A stretch of 64,000 bases of DNA from a virus. Under the pieces are notes generated by a model. That model worked only from the letters and a program-made list of their open reading frames with translations, did not search any database and was not told where the DNA came from. A program made the translations under genes and the position numbers. The stretch lies in the IMG/VR virus record IMGVR_UViG_3300028048_000053, positions 34,692 to 98,691 of that record. The stretch is one strand, 5' to 3'. The first letter of the stretch is position 1; each line of letters opens with the position of its first letter. Of this stretch, positions 17,455 through 29,553 are shown in pieces.

Positions 17455-18426
17455 ATGATTATTTCAAAAGAAAAGCAATAGGAAATTGATAGTTTGTCAA
17501 CTATTTCAATAGATATTAGAGCAAAAGATTTAACTGGAAAAAGACAAGGGTCAATCACGTTTTTAAAGCCAGCAGAAAAAATCAATAAAAGAATTTATTG
17601 GTGGGTGATATGTGATTGTGGTAATATTGAAAAAGTTCGAGCAGATAGTAAAATATAGCGTTGTAAAGAGTGCAATGCAAAAAGAACTGGTGAACAAAAC
17701 AGAGGAAAAAATCTTATAGATTTAACCAATCAAAGATTTGGTAGATTAACAGTATTATTTTTACAAAACGAAAGAAGAAATGGTAATGTTATGTGGCATT
17801 GTAAATGCGACTGTGGTAATGAATGTGATGTTCAATCTACAAGTTTAACAAGTGGGAATACTAAATCTTGTGGATGTTAGAAAAGAGAACGTGCTTATTT
17901 TACGACTTTAAAAAAAGATCTCTCAGGAAAAAAATTTGGGTATTTAACCGTATTAAAAGAAACTAAAGAAAGACAATATGGAGGAAAAGTTATATGGGAG
18001 TGTCAGTGTGATTGTGGTAATATTGTCTATCTCAACACTGGACGTTTAACCAGTGGAAACGATACTTCTTGCGGATGTAAAAAATAGTCAATTGGTGTTG
18101 AAAATATAAAAAATATTTTAAATTAGAACAATATTGTATATAAAAAAGAATACAAATTCAATGATTACTAGGAACGAAGGTATGATTTTGCGATTTTTAA
18201 TAATGAAGGATTGGTAATTCGTTTAATTGAATTTGATGGGGAATAGCATTATAAATATACTGGGGGATGGAATGACCAAAAATCATTAGAAAAAAATAAA
18301 TTACACGATAAAGAAAAAAATGAATATGCTTTGTCTCATAATATTCCATTGGTTCGTATTCCATATTGGAAACGAGATAATATCACTCTTGACATGATAA
18401 TGGGAGATAAATATTTGGTAAAATGA
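17455..18426 (+). CDS. Zn-ribbon repeat plus PD-(D/E)xK (DUF559/Vsr-like) nuclease, about 10 in-frame TAG
   Basis: Repeated W.C.CDCGN....SCGC zinc ribbons, then YDFAIFNNEGLVIRLIEFDGE-TAG-HY (canonical DGEQH). Single frame from ATG 17455 to TGA 18424-18426. Confidence 0.65.
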
Positions 18427-18458
18427 AACATACTTATATTTTTGAGATTGAAACAAAT

Positions 18459-18596
18459 ATGTGCGCCGAAAGCACTGAAAAAATTGTTATTAAAACAAAA
18501 ACTCAGAGATTAGCTTATCTCAAATTAAATAAGCTCATGGATAAGAGAAATGATATTCTCTATTGGCACATTAATTCTTGCAAAGAGGTGGTGTAA
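18459..18596 (+). CDS. small hypothetical ORF (45 aa)
   Basis: ATG..TAA with no internal stops; weak RBS. Confidence 0.25.
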   Translation: MCAESTEKIVIKTKTQRLAYLKLNKLMDKRNDILYWHINSCKEVV

Positions 18597-18598
18597 CC

Positions 18599-18892
18599 AT
18601 GCTTCCAGAAGAAAAAATGTATATAACAAAAATAGAAAATCATATTCCTCTTACCGAAGAAGAACTTGGTACTCTGGTTCTCTTTTATTCTATTGAGAAA
18701 GAATATGGTGAAGATCATAGGTGGCAAAGAGAAGTAACTTCAATCGTACAATTAGGAGAAAGATATTTCGCAGTTGAATGGTATCAAGGATTAACCGAGA
18801 TGCAGGAAAACGACTTTTTTGATCAACCTTATGAAGTTGAATTAAAAGAATATGAAAAAACCATAACCGTAAAAGAATGGGTGAAGAAATAA
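18599..18892 (+). CDS. hypothetical protein
   Basis: ATG 18599 after AAAGAGGTGGTG RBS; the ORF-track TTG extension is unlikely. Confidence 0.55.
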   Translation: MLPEEKMYITKIENHIPLTEEELGTLVLFYSIEKEYGEDHRWQREVTSIVQLGERYFAVEWYQGLTEMQENDFFDQPYEVELKEYEKTITVKEWVKK

Positions 18893-18895
18893 AAC

Positions 18896-19237
18896 ATGAC
18901 AAATACTGAATATTTAAATACAAAATCTTATCTCGCTCAGTAGGCATTGGATTTAGCAAATACGCTATCCCATATTGACGAACAGCTTGATGATATGTAT
19001 AAAATTAACTTATATCTACTTCGTAGATATAAAGATGATTTAATCAAAGAATTTAATATTGATATACCAGAAGGTGTACTAGAGGATCCCTGGTTTAAAC
19101 TTCTCGAAAAAACTTTTAATCAAAAAGTAGGCTTTGAAAATGAAACATTAATCTTATCACTTATCTCAAATCGTATTAAAGATAAGATGAAAGAAGAAAT
19201 GCCAGATCCCTGGTATTGTTATGGATTTGGAGGTTGA
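18896..19237 (+). CDS. hypothetical protein (one in-frame TAG at 18944)
   Basis: ATG 18896 is in frame with the 18947..19237 ORF across TAG; ends TGA. Confidence 0.5.
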
Positions 19238-19653
19238 TTATCATTCGTTTGTGGCATAAATCTCTTATTCATGTTCTTCCAAGAGAGCAATTAGTAGCTC
19301 AGTGGCGGGAATTGTCTAGTATTGCTGGTAGTATTCAAACCAAAGGAACTCCAAATCACATCTTGGTAAATAAAGTTTTAGTTTATGATTTTGACCATTT
19401 TATTACTTACGCCAAAAACGTCCGTGACGAGATGACTAGACGAGGTTACCGCACGATGGACAGCGTTTGGAATAAGATTGTAGCTTTAAAACCTGATTGG
19501 CAGGAAATTGATTTTGACAATCTTTATTTTAATTGGATGAATTCTGAATATTTGCGCATTTGCTATTACAATCTCTTAGAGAAGTACAGATGTGGTGGTA
19601 TTAGAGAAGACGATTGGAAAGCAATTCAAGAAATCGTGGGAATTTTGGGATAA
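19216..19653 (+). CDS. pyrimidine-dimer DNA glycosylase (T4 DenV / endonuclease V-like); start codon uncertain (TTG)
   Basis: LPREQLVAQWREL...RRGY resembles T4 endoV ADQHLMAEYREL; 145 aa. Confidence 0.55.
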   Translation: MLWIWRLIIIRLWHKSLIHVLPREQLVAQWRELSSIAGSIQTKGTPNHILVNKVLVYDFDHFITYAKNVRDEMTRRGYRTMDSVWNKIVALKPDWQEIDFDNLYFNWMNSEYLRICYYNLLEKYRCGGIREDDWKAIQEIVGILG

Positions 19654-19660
19654 AATAAAA

Positions 19661-19700
19661 AAAGGCTGGATAGTTTTAACAACTATCCAGCCTTTTTTTA
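19661..19700. terminator. bidirectional rho-independent terminator between convergent + and - gene blocks
   Basis: AAAAAAGGCTGGATAGTT-TTAA-CAACTATCCAGCCTTTTTTT. Confidence 0.7.
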
Positions 19701-20099
19701 TTGTTTAGTCCAGCCGTATACTCCAGGTTCCCAAACATTGTTATCTACGTCACTTATCCAAATATCACCTTGTTCATCTGGATATTTTACTTTGTCGCCC
19801 TTGGCGTAAGCGTCCTGCGCTCCAGTCGGTTGTCTCCAAACTGGTATTGTGCCAGGTTCCGCAACCTCAGTCCATAATGCGGGAGTTGTAGGCGGCTCCC
19901 AACCATCTTGCGCTGTATGTTCCTATTCACAGCGATATAGTTTGTCGCTATAGCGAACTCGAATTCCAACAGCATACCCTACGCCAGGAGTCCATAAGTG
20001 AAACAGCTCAATGGCTTCTAACGCATCTTCGTCTGGTAGACTTATAGCAGCCTTTTCTATCAAAGGCCGCAATTGCCTTGCTCTATCCTGCGGTCTCAT
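19698..20099 (-). CDS. hypothetical protein with a carbohydrate-binding-like C-terminus (one in-frame TAG)
   Basis: ATG overlaps the upstream TGA (ATGA); 134 codons to TAA 19698-19700; ...DGWEPPTTPALWTEV.. Confidence 0.45.
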
Positions 20100-20320
20100 T
20101 CACTCACCCCCATCAGAATATCATAAGCTTCAGCCTTGTCTTCTACGGTGATTTCATCGGGCTCTACAAGCTCATTGGATTCGCTATAGGTGTATGGGCA
20201 GGGCACGACATCTACTGCATCATCATAGAGGATATTCGTTTCGTTCTGCCAAATTTTATAGCCCGCGTCACTCCAATGATGAATACGTTCACCATTTTCA
20301 ATCAGTTCTTCACGAATCAT
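20096..20320 (-). CDS. small tail-fibre assembly/chaperone-like protein (paralog of 21897..22154)
   Basis: MIREEL... ends EDKAEAYDILMGVSE like its paralog; AAGGAGG RBS; sits immediately downstream of a fibre gene. Confidence 0.5.
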   Translation of the reverse strand: MIREELIENGERIHHWSDAGYKIWQNETNILYDDAVDVVPCPYTYSESNELVEPDEITVEDKAEAYDILMGVSE

Positions 20321-20333
20321 ATTTGCGCCCTCC

Positions 20334-21728
20334 TTAGTATTCAACATAGGTATAGGTACTACTGGATGGATAATTTGTTGCGCTGGTATAGGCAGCCAGC
20401 GTGCCAGACGGCACATAAATAACACAGTCGGTGGGTATGCTTGACCAGGTGTTGCGGGATGACGCAGTGGGCGGAGTGGCCGCAACAAAGCGTATGAGAC
20501 GAAGACCGCCACAGGTATAGAACGCACTGCTTCCGATGCTCGTCACACTATCTGGGATTGTTATGCTCGTTAGACAGTAGCAGTTGTAGAACGCACTGCT
20601 TCCGATGCTCGTCACACTATCTGGGATTGTTATACTTGTTAGATTGTAGCAGCAGTAGAACATATTATTCCCAATTCTCGTCACACTATCTGGGATTGTT
20701 ATGCTCGTTAGACTGCAGCCCCCGAACGCACTGCTTCCGATGCTCGTCACACTATCTGGGATTGTTATGCTCGTTAGACAGTAGCAGTTGTTGAACACAT
20801 AGTTCATAATGCTCGTCACGCCGTCCGGAATTGTTATGCTCGTCAAGCTGTAGCAACTGTCGAATGTGTTGGACCCGATGCTCGTCACGCCGTCCGGAAT
20901 TGTCACGCTCGTCAGACTACTGCAGCCCCCGAACGCACTTTCCCCGATGCTCGTCACGCCGTCCGGGATGGTCACGCTCGTCAGACTGCTGCAGCCGTAG
21001 AACGCACTTTCCCCGATGCTCGCGTTTCTGCCGATCTCTACCTTCTGAATGGCATTTTGATATACACGATTAAACTATAAACTTCCGCTGGTCTTCCACA
21101 GCAGTTGAGAGCCGGCGCCGCCTCCAGTAATGCCCAAGCTCCCCGTCACATCGATAGTGATGACATATTTCCCTGGAGCTGGATAGACATGTTGAGTGTT
21201 GATAACGGTGTAGACATCGTTGCCCGTCACGGTATCGGGCTCGCTGTCGTCGCCCCAATCGATCACTGCTGTGCCATTGACAGCTATGCCGAGATAAGGC
21301 TCCAACCGTCCCTCTTCAAGGTGGATATACACCCGTGTCTTGCCATCGTCGGTAACATACATCTGTCCCATCCACAGCTTGCCATACTTCGCCACATATG
21401 CCTGGGCCTTTGCCAACGTCCAGTTCCAGCCTTGCGAAGTCAGCCCCGCGTGGGACGGATTCTCAGGCATCGCCGTAAGCGCCGCAAACTCAGCAGCTGT
21501 ATAACTATGAACAATCGTACCATCGTAGTCGATAAAATTGACATCATTAACCTCAGTTTTGTCACCTCCTCCAGTTGGAACGTTGACAACAACTTCACTT
21601 AGTCCATCATATCCAGCATCTGGCGTGACCGTTCCATTCTGCGTAGTTGTTTTCGTTTGTAGTGTCGCCTGTCCGATGCTGGCGATTGCCGCCGCCATCT
21701 GGGACGGCGTGTAAGTTTGATTAGGCAC
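20334..21728 (-). CDS. tail fibre / receptor-binding protein with C-terminal BspA-type leucine-rich repeats (one in-frame TAG at 21075-21077)
   Basis: GTG 21728 with AAAGGAG RBS; ORFs 21075..21728 and 20334..20975 are in one frame joined through TAG; repeated [22 protein letters not shown]; GC-rich. Confidence 0.65.
20350..20975 (-). repeat. about 8 tandem 69-72 nt LRR-coding repeats
   Basis: Near-identical repeats (GCTCGTCACACTATCTGGGATTGTTATGCTCGTTAGAC...). Confidence 0.7.
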
Positions 21729-21896
21729 TAAATATCACTCCTTTCAAGTCCCTCTGTCGGGCATGGGATGGTGGATCGGGGAGAATAATTTGTGTAATAA
21801 ATTTCAGAATGTCATAGAGTTTGTTGGACATAGTTTTACTCCTCCTCCGGCACGTCCTCAATGTACGGCGAAGCTGTCTCGCTCTGTCCTGCGGTT

Positions 21897-22154
21897 TCAT
21901 TCCGTCACCCCCATTAAGATGTCAAAGCCCTCTGCCTTGTCCTCGGTGGTCGGAACATACGGCTCCGGCGGAATCTCGACCAGTTCCCAAGTCAAGTCGG
22001 TGCGGAGTTTGTAGGCATATCCATCCGGGGCTGTCGGTGCATTCTGAATGACCGTCATGATCTCGTTGTACTCGGATTCCGTGATTTCCGTCTCCCCCGC
22101 TCCGCTCGATATGCTGGCGATAAATCCGTTGTCGATATTCTTGTAATATTTCAC
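21897..22154 (-). CDS. small tail-fibre assembly/chaperone-like protein
   Basis: GTG start overlapping the upstream TGA; 85 aa ending EDKAEGFDILMGVTE. Confidence 0.5.
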   Translation of the reverse strand: MKYYKNIDNGFIASISSGAGETEITESEYNEIMTVIQNAPTAPDGYAYKLRTDLTWELVEIPPEPYVPTTEDKAEGFDILMGVTE

Positions 22155-22918
22155 GCATCATCACCCCAGTAATAGCACTCGATGTTGTACGTTACACCGG
22201 CTGGTGCCAAAAAGTTATTGCCGTTCTTAAACTTTAAAATCCTGTTTTCCAAATCAATATAGTAATCCGTGTTTGCAGTCGCTGCGCCAGCAATGATTTG
22301 CACAAAAGCATTTTTTGACATGCTTCCAGTTGCCTTGTTTCTGTAATTCCCAGCACAATTACATGAATTACTAACAGAGATTTCATCATCAGAAACTGGC
22401 AGTGCAATTATCTGAATTATTTCTCCAAAGGCATAATCAGATAGCACCGTTGCTGGCGTATCGGATTTAATGAAAATAAGTTTAGGGAGATTTGAAGAGG
22501 GGAGCGGGAAGAGCACAGTGTCGACAACATCCGTCGCCGCTGTATATGTTGCGGTAAGTTTTGTAATCCCCGGCACCGCAACGGTCACAAGCGAAAATGC
22601 CTTGCCCGTCTCTTGGTATGTCCCGTTCTGCGTCACGGACAGCGGCTCCACGGTCACAGCGTTTGGGCGTACCTTGGCTGCGTTGATGGCGTCGGCAATG
22701 GCCTCATAGTTCGCAGGGTTGGTCTTGCCTTTGTCAGGCAACGTCGGATTGTCGCCGAAGGCCACAACGTCAACGTCGGACAATTTTTCAATATCACCAA
22801 TATCTTCTGCAAATCCTTCAAAACCGTGATTAGAAGCGTCTATTCCTTGTCCTTCTAAAGCGGTTCTAATATTATCCCTAGCAATTACTAGTCTATGTAA
22901 TTTATCTTCAACACTCAT
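22151..22918 (-). CDS. tail fibre protein (N-terminal domain shared with 29554..30255)
   Basis: ATG 22918 with GGAGG RBS; PDKGKTNPANYEAIADAINAAK resembles PEKGNSNPQYYEDIAKAINEIK of the paralog; ends TGA. Confidence 0.65.
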   Translation of the reverse strand: MSVEDKLHRLVIARDNIRTALEGQGIDASNHGFEGFAEDIGDIEKLSDVDVVAFGDNPTLPDKGKTNPANYEAIADAINAAKVRPNAVTVEPLSVTQNGTYQETGKAFSLVTVAVPGITKLTATYTAATDVVDTVLFPLPSSNLPKLIFIKSDTPATVLSDYAFGEIIQIIALPVSDDEISVSNSCNCAGNYRNKATGSMSKNAFVQIIAGAATANTDYYIDLENRILKFKNGNNFLAPAGVTYNIECYYWGDDA

Positions 22919-23112
22919 AGGACTGCCTCCAATACTTTTTCTATATCTCCAATAGTATCCCGTAGTGGCGAAACAATGCTTTCAGCATCGACTATATACA
23001 AGTCGTCCTTATCATACTCAACTGTTTTCCCATTAACCGTGATAGTTTTATTAGCTAGTAATTCTTCTTTCTAATCTTTGGTTAAATATATTATCCTTTT
23101 AAGCGTTGACAT
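22915..23112 (-). CDS. small hypothetical protein (one in-frame TAG); its TGA overlaps the next ATG
   Basis: ATG 23110-23112, 66 codons. Confidence 0.35.
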
Positions 23113-23116
23113 TTAT

Positions 23117-23299
23117 TTAACCCCCTTTTAATTTTAAATATTCTAAAAGAGAATACTCATCTTCATCGTATTCTCTTCCTTCGTGACCTTCAGAATCTGT
23201 TATTGTTTGTATATTATATCTTTTATACACCGTATCATGGTTTATTTCAAACTCTTTAACGTCTCGAGGGCCACAATGCACTTTTTCTCTATGAATCAT
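23117..23299 (-). CDS. small hypothetical protein (60 aa)
   Basis: ORF track; RBS AAAGGA upstream; TAA stop. Confidence 0.45.
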   Translation of the reverse strand: MIHREKVHCGPRDVKEFEINHDTVYKRYNIQTITDSEGHEGREYDEDEYSLLEYLKLKGG

Positions 23300-23392
23300 A
23301 ATATTTTTCCTTTCTATTTTTTAGATGTAAAGGATTGTGGTTTTTATCCCGTCTTAGTTATTATTAGTTTTTAATCTAGAAAAATAAATAAC

Positions 23393-24979
23393 TTAATGGA
23401 AAGCGAGGCGACCGCCCAGACCCGAATCCCGAACAGAGGGAAGCCAAAACACATCCAAGTAAAAGACCCCCGCATTGTCAAGCGCGCCGTAATCGCCACC
23501 AAACACAGCCGAAAAGGACGGATAGACCTCGCCGTAGTCAGCGAAATAGGTACTTGTAGATCCACTATCGCTTTCGTCATAAAAAGGTATAAAACCTGTA
23601 ATAGTTGTACCAAAAATATATCTAATATACTGACCGTAGCTACTAATATTACTGTTTTCAACGGTAATGGTATTTACCTCTGCGCCAGAAGAATCGACCA
23701 CTTCACTAATAATCAGACCATTATTTTCATTGGTGCGTAATCCTTCGACCCAATCATAAATGTTGCCCCAAAAATCTTCTATACCAAATAACTTCATACG
23801 ATTAAGGTTATTATTTTTTGTTCCATAGCAGAAACCTAGAGAATCTGTGGCTCCTGTCATTTGAGCTGTATAACCACCACTGCTTCCATCAGTATATCCG
23901 CCTCCAAGAGCGGCTTGAGAATTTAGATTGCCATACTTAATCAAGTATAGACACTACAATGCCGTAATATGATAAAATAGCTGTTGATAATAGCCTGCGC
24001 CATTTGCGGTCGCCGCGGCACGGAATTCGGTGAGGTTTTCACTTACTGTTGGAGTAACTCCAGAAATTGACCGTAACTTGCCCGTATTCTCGTCTATATA
24101 TCCTTTATAAGCACCTTCATACCAATGTTCACCAGTTAGCTCGGTCCAGTTGCTATATCTTTCATCCGATACTTTTGGGTCATTGGTAATAGAAACATAA
24201 ATATCTGTACCGTCCTTATAGATACGGTATTTAAAATTAGGAAATTCTATCATTACATCTCCATCAGTACCATCTAATACTGAAGTGGTACCATCTGCTT
24301 TTTTAGTATAGTCATTGCGGTCTAGATAATACACAACCTATCCTTTGTTGAATACACAAGGTTTAATATCCGCAAATATTGGCATACTATCCCAGTCGTC
24401 ACTACCCTTGGTCATACCAACTGCATCATCCATATAAGTACAGCAAGTATCTGGATTGCTCATTGTGTTATCTATTTTAACAGTATAGGTTACATAAAGA
24501 CCATCAACTAAATTTATTAGCTCTATTCCAGTATCATCATTCTGCGCTGTTCCAGACTCTGAGAACGCAGAATCTAGTGTGGCCGCAGACTTGTTAATAA
24601 AAATATTTCTTCCGCCATTTAAATCGACTAGACAGAAAGTAATAATAGATGAACCATCTAATGAACTCATATTAACAGTTCCAAATAGAGCTTTATTATC
24701 TATTGTATTTATATACTTCAATAAAATTTCATTGTTGATGTACAAAGAAATTAAGTTACTATTTGCAATATTTTGCTTAATGGTAGATATTTCATCTTCT
24801 GGAAGAGTCATATCATATTCAATATCTAAAATATCAAGTATATTAGCTAATTCATTATCTTCAAAACTAGGATGGATAGCATATATCATACCACTATTTT
24901 CGATATTAATCTAAGTCTATAATTCTCTTACACTGGTTTTAATATTGCTAGAACACAATGCATAAGTTATTAAATCCAT
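23393..24979 (-). CDS. large structural (tail/baseplate-like) protein assembled from three ORF-track ORFs through 4 in-frame TAG
   Basis: ATG 24977-24979 with AAAAGGAGG RBS; TAG at about 24915, 24909, 24338 and 23954; ORFs 24338..24889, 23954..24334 and 23393..23944 share one frame; ends TAA 23393-23395. Confidence 0.55.
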
Positions 24980-25085
24980 TTTTATCCTCCTTTTTTAAAC
25001 TTTTCTTGTTAAATATTTGAAAAGAAACCAGCAAGAGCAACCCACAGCTTCCTCGAAGTGAGCTTTCTTTTCCAGTCAATCATGA

Positions 25086-26207
25086 TTATTCCTCCTCAAT
25101 GCGAGTGATGATGAGATCGTAAGAACTTTGGCCAGTTATCTGAGAAAGTTGCTCGTCAGAAATAATACTCCACTCTCCAGTAATACCATTGAAAAGCGTC
25201 ATAGCACAAGCAATTGAGTTATCATCCCCGACATAAAGAAATACCACGCTGAGTGTCAGGTTATTATCAATGCTATTATTGCTAGCACATAACATGAGCG
25301 AACGAGGTTCGTCATCAACCATTAGCGGGCTCATAAAACCCTTTATGGTTGTGTTCGTCCCCATACCTATAGAGATAGCAGCAGAAGCCTTACCCGAATA
25401 GATATCACTGATAAGCTCTTCAAATTTCTCCTTAGTATATCCATTATCGTTAAAGATCGTGCTAAGCGGTCCGCTAATAGTTTCCGTGGTAACCTTAGCG
25501 CCGCCAGAGGGCTCTACGCCTTCATCCATATAGTAGAAGGTGAAACGGAAACGACCTAAATTATCGATATGATCCTGATCGATAATAGTTGGGCTACCAT
25601 TCCTATTGATATAAGCAAAATATCCAAGCGCAGAAGATTTGGTTAGCCGCACTACTATGGATGCGCCCACATCCACCCAAAAACTGTTTTTAACATGATC
25701 TATGTACTCGGCTTCATCCGAAAAAGTCTTATTCCACTCAGAACCGGACATATCAAGCATATCACTATAAGCTACTCCGAATGTTCCTGCGCCAAAAGCG
25801 AAGAATCCGGGATCAGTGTCCTCCGGCGGAGGAAGATAAATCATTCCCATTTTAGTCTCGGCCATCTTTTCATCTGTTGCAGCAAGACTTTGCGCAACGC
25901 CAATGGCCCCCGCGTCCAGAGCAGCACCATATTTCTGAATGTTTTCAAATGTTAGGAGCTCACTTAACAAGCCCTCATATACTTCCGTCCGAACATTACC
26001 CGGTTTTTGCGTTCTGGTTTCTCCAGTGCCATACTCAATCCATTCTTCTCTACCTAAATCAAAAACACATCTTTTACCAGTATCTATTTCTATTAATTCA
26101 CTACCATTGGCTATGTTCTCAACAGGTTTTTCATCATCAGAGGTACAAATGCCTTTTCCAAATTGCTTATTATCTATTGATTTTCTTAATGTCTGCCAAG
26201 TAATCAA
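25086..26207 (-). CDS. structural protein (373 aa, no TAG)
   Basis: ORF track; ATG adjacent to the upstream TAA; TAA stop. Confidence 0.6.
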   Translation of the reverse strand: MITWQTLRKSIDNKQFGKGICTSDDEKPVENIANGSELIEIDTGKRCVFDLGREEWIEYGTGETRTQKPGNVRTEVYEGLLSELLTFENIQKYGAALDAGAIGVAQSLAATDEKMAETKMGMIYLPPPEDTDPGFFAFGAGTFGVAYSDMLDMSGSEWNKTFSDEAEYIDHVKNSFWVDVGASIVVRLTKSSALGYFAYINRNGSPTIIDQDHIDNLGRFRFTFYYMDEGVEPSGGAKVTTETISGPLSTIFNDNGYTKEKFEELISDIYSGKASAAISIGMGTNTTIKGFMSPLMVDDEPRSLMLCASNNSIDNNLTLSVVFLYVGDDNSIACAMTLFNGITGEWSIISDEQLSQITGQSSYDLIITRIEEE

Positions 26208-26208
26208 A

Positions 26209-27786
26209 TTAATTATCTCCTTTCATCATCTTTTTAATCTCTTCCAAAGCTGCATAAACAACTCCAGAAGTAACGAAGTTGTCACTGTCAGGGAGCGGCA
26301 CGGAATCTAGCATAAAATATATCCCCGTATCTCCTACCAGTTTCCACTCTTCATCTATATACATAAATTCATTATATGAATTATCAGAAAATTTTTCTAT
26401 CATATAAATAGTGTTAGTATCTATATCTTCTGTAGGAAGATTTATAACTACCTTGCGTTTTAGAAGGCCAGAAGCTGCGCTAGATAATGCAGTCTATACA
26501 AAAGCTGTAGTTGCAATTTGCGAGTTAGAAGTACCAAATTCTGCTGTTGGCGCAAGCGGCACTCCAGTAAATTTAGGACTTTCTATTGACGCTTTATCGC
26601 TAATATCCTAATGGGAAGTCAAATATCCCATATCATTATCAAAATCCGAAATTTTAGTAGGTTTATTTAATATTTCTCCCATTCCAGAAGTAGCGTTCCA
26701 ATCACTCTGAACTTGCGGCAACGGGATGCTTAATAGCACCTCTCCAGTTTGCCCATTAACGCTAGTCACTGGCGCTTTATATTTTACATTACCAGACTAT
26801 CCATTAAATGATTTAACATATTTCGTAGTATCTGGCAACGCCCCAACCTCATTAGCTGTATACCTTGGTTTAGTGGGTTCTTTAGCCCAAGATGGCACCG
26901 TAGGGTCGGTTTCTATAAAAGAGGTTAAATAACCAACATCATTAGTAAAATCTGAAAGATTGGTTGGTATCATCGGCTTGTTACTTAAATCATTATAGTC
27001 TCCAGTAGTAGCTACATTGGCCAACCTATCTGCTAAATGTTTTGCGGCCCCAGCCTCATCGAACTCTTCAACTGAAGCAAAGGCAGCGGAACCTAGACCT
27101 GCGACAGGAACATCTTCTCCAGCCACCTCTATTGTTCCTTCTTCAGTTCCGGTAGTTATATCCGCCGGCTGGAGAGCGCTATCCGCACTCTCCAAGCTAT
27201 TTTGCACTTCCTGTGAGAACTTGTCTTTAGTTATACTACCGCGCAAAATACTAGCTGATACGGTCCCATCTGCGAAGACCGCAATCTATATGGCATCTTT
27301 TCGTTTGCTACCGGAACTTATATGATTAATTAAGCTATCTACTAGTATATACACATCAGACTTGGGAACATTTGCTAGGACTAGGTGGAGATATACTCCA
27401 GCCTAGCCCCATGTCCCAGCCTCGGATTTTATATCTATAAACCCATTTAATATCTCCATACCTTTTGGAATATTAATGGGAACTCCTATCGTTTGCCCAT
27501 CTTTGGTTAGTTGATAAGAAGTCAAATAGTTATCATCAGAAGCCAATTCTTTTATATTATAAACAGGATAAATTGTCTATGGTACATATAAACCATCAGC
27601 TTTTAGTTCTAGGGCATTACCCTCGTCTTGAGATCTCGAAATAGCAATGGTTGGCTCCATCTCTGTGCCAGATATTGCGATACTTGAGTTGGCGGCCGCA
27701 AGTTTATCAACCCGACCCTTTTTACTTAACTCAAATTTAATTTTCTGCCACAGTTTTGCTACTCCATTATAATCTAAAAATTTCAT
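26209..27786 (-). CDS. tail fibre with NKP..SDF.ND.GY repeats (6 in-frame TAG)
   Basis: ATG 27786 with AAGGGGG RBS; one frame through TAG at 27577, 27403, 27286, 26797, 26608 and 26494 to TAA 26209-26211; motifs LSNKPMIPTNLSDFTNDVGYLTS and ILNKPTKISDFDNDMGYLTS. Confidence 0.6.
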
Positions 27787-27799
27787 TTACCAACCCCCT

Positions 27800-28000
27800 T
27801 TAACTATTAAAAATAGCGTCTAATTCTTGGTTGGTAATTTTTTCAATGTTTGTATTAAAATAGGATTCTAAATCTTCTTGGGTTAAAAAAAGATTTGCGT
27901 TTTTTATATCCTAATCCTATAATTTGCTAACTATTAAATTGTTAATATAGTTTAATAGTTCTGCTATATCTGTTGTTTGCATAATTATTTTAATCTCCAT
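27800..28000 (-). CDS. small hypothetical protein (2 in-frame TAG)
   Basis: ATG 27998-28000 to TAA 27800-27802, 66 codons; weak RBS. Confidence 0.3.
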
Positions 28001-28050
28001 ATTTTTTGCCCATTCCGCATATATCGGGCATTCTTAAAATATTGCTCCTT

Positions 28051-29538
28051 TCACGCCCATGTGACCCCACCATCCGTGGTGCTGATGGCGGTTTCCTGCC
28101 CGTAACCGGTTTTTGTGATCAGCGTTGCGTGTCCGATTGGCCCGTCGTAGTTCTCCAGTGTGCGCACGGTGCTGGCACTGCTTCCGTACTGCGCTGTGTC
28201 TGCCTGGACGCTCTGGACATGATCGCCGCAATGCAAATACAACATATTGTACCCGAACGTGTTGCTGTAGCAGCTGTCCCCGAAGGTGTTGCTGTAGCAG
28301 TTGTACCCGAACGTGTTGCTGTTGCAGCCGTTCCCGAAGGTGTTGCTGTAGCAGGAGTCCCCGAAGGTGTTGCTGTAGCAGCCGTACCCGAACGTGTTGC
28401 TGTTGCAGTTGTACCCGAACGTGTTGCTGTAGCAGCTGTCCCCGAAGGTGTTGCTGAAGCAGGAGTCCCCGAAGGTGTTCATCCAGTTGTGCATCCCCAG
28501 CCTGTTTCCGGAGATGTTGTTCCAGCCTTTGGAAGAAAGCTTCGCCGTAAACACGCTGTTGGTCTCCCACACGCTGCCCCCCAGGCCGAAGACGTTATAC
28601 GCGCCCTGCATCATGGCAATCAGTGGTTCCGTCTCCAGCTCGATGTAGTTCTCCCGGCACGGCACCTTGGCAAGCCCGTTGAAGCTGGCGTCAACGTGGG
28701 CGCTCTCATCGGCGTCGTAGTAGTCGAAGGTGTAATACCAATCGGCCCCGAAGGTGCTGAGATACTGCGCGTTCGGTTCCGCAAACTGAATTGCGCCCAG
28801 GATATTCGCGCCTACAGCGAAGTCGTAGTCAGCCACCGCGCTGTCTACGCCTTTGTACTGGTGAAGGTACGGGTTGACGTAGCTCCCGGCGCTCATATAC
28901 GCTTGCAGGGCCGTAAAGAGCTGATACATTCCGCCGTATCTGTTCGGCTGCGTACTGGCGTCATAGGCCAGCTTACCGTCAGCGGGTGGCGTATAGTCCC
29001 CCTGCGCGTCCGCCACCTTCAGCGCATAGCGCAGGAAGCGGATGTTCTTGAAGTCGTATCCCACCCGGTTGTTGAACTCGTCCTCCATCCAGAAGATGAC
29101 GCCCTTTCCGTTGGCGTTGGCCCAGGCGTAAGTGGCCTGGTCGTTGTCAAGGCAGTATTTCAGCTTCCACGCCCCGATGGCGCTGTTGGCGAAATACGTG
29201 TCCCCCTCGTGCAGAGCCGCCCGTGCGTTCTCGTTCAGATGGCTCTCGTCGTCTGCGGTCACAATCACGTCAAAGGGGTGGCTTTCCGGCACCCCCGCGT
29301 TGTGTAGATACCCCTGCGCTCCTAGGGTGCTCAAATCGTAGCTACCTGTGATGACTGTCTCATAGTCCGTAATGCGGTACTACATTCCTGGCACGAGGTT
29401 GCCCCCGTCCCGCAGAGCCTTCAATTCCGCCCAAGTGGTCTCCGTCATAGGCTCCACTGTGGCTGTGGGTGTTTCAACTTTAGTTAGTTCTTTTATTGCA
29501 TTAGCCATCTCAGATGGCTTTAAATTATCAATAGCCAT
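28051..29538 (-). CDS. tail fibre protein with about 12 tandem NTFG(D/Y)(S/N)C(Y/N)S nonapeptide repeats (one in-frame TAG at 29380-29382)
   Basis: ATG 29536-29538 after AAAGGAG RBS; in frame with ORF 28051..29334 across TAG; ends TGA. Confidence 0.65.
28250..28480 (-). repeat. 27-nt tandem repeat array (about 9 copies) encoding the NTFGxxCxS repeats
   Basis: GTTGCTGTAGCAG(C/T)TGTCCCCGAAGGT-like units; other-frame ORF-track ORFs 28034..28570 and 28125..28457 are artefacts. Confidence 0.75.
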
Positions 29539-29553
29539 ATTGTATTACTCCTT

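Noticed and set aside
19787-19975. Minus ORF 19787..19975 (62 aa)
   Set aside because: It is the wrong frame of the better-supported recoded gene 19698..20099, which has an ATGA-overlap start, a protein-like sequence and a single TAG.
28034-28570. ORFs 28034..28570 (-) and 28125..28457 (+) with Gln/Leu/Arg or Cys/Ser repeats
   Set aside because: They are alternative-frame or antisense readings of the 27-nt tandem repeat inside the tail-fibre gene 28051..29538.
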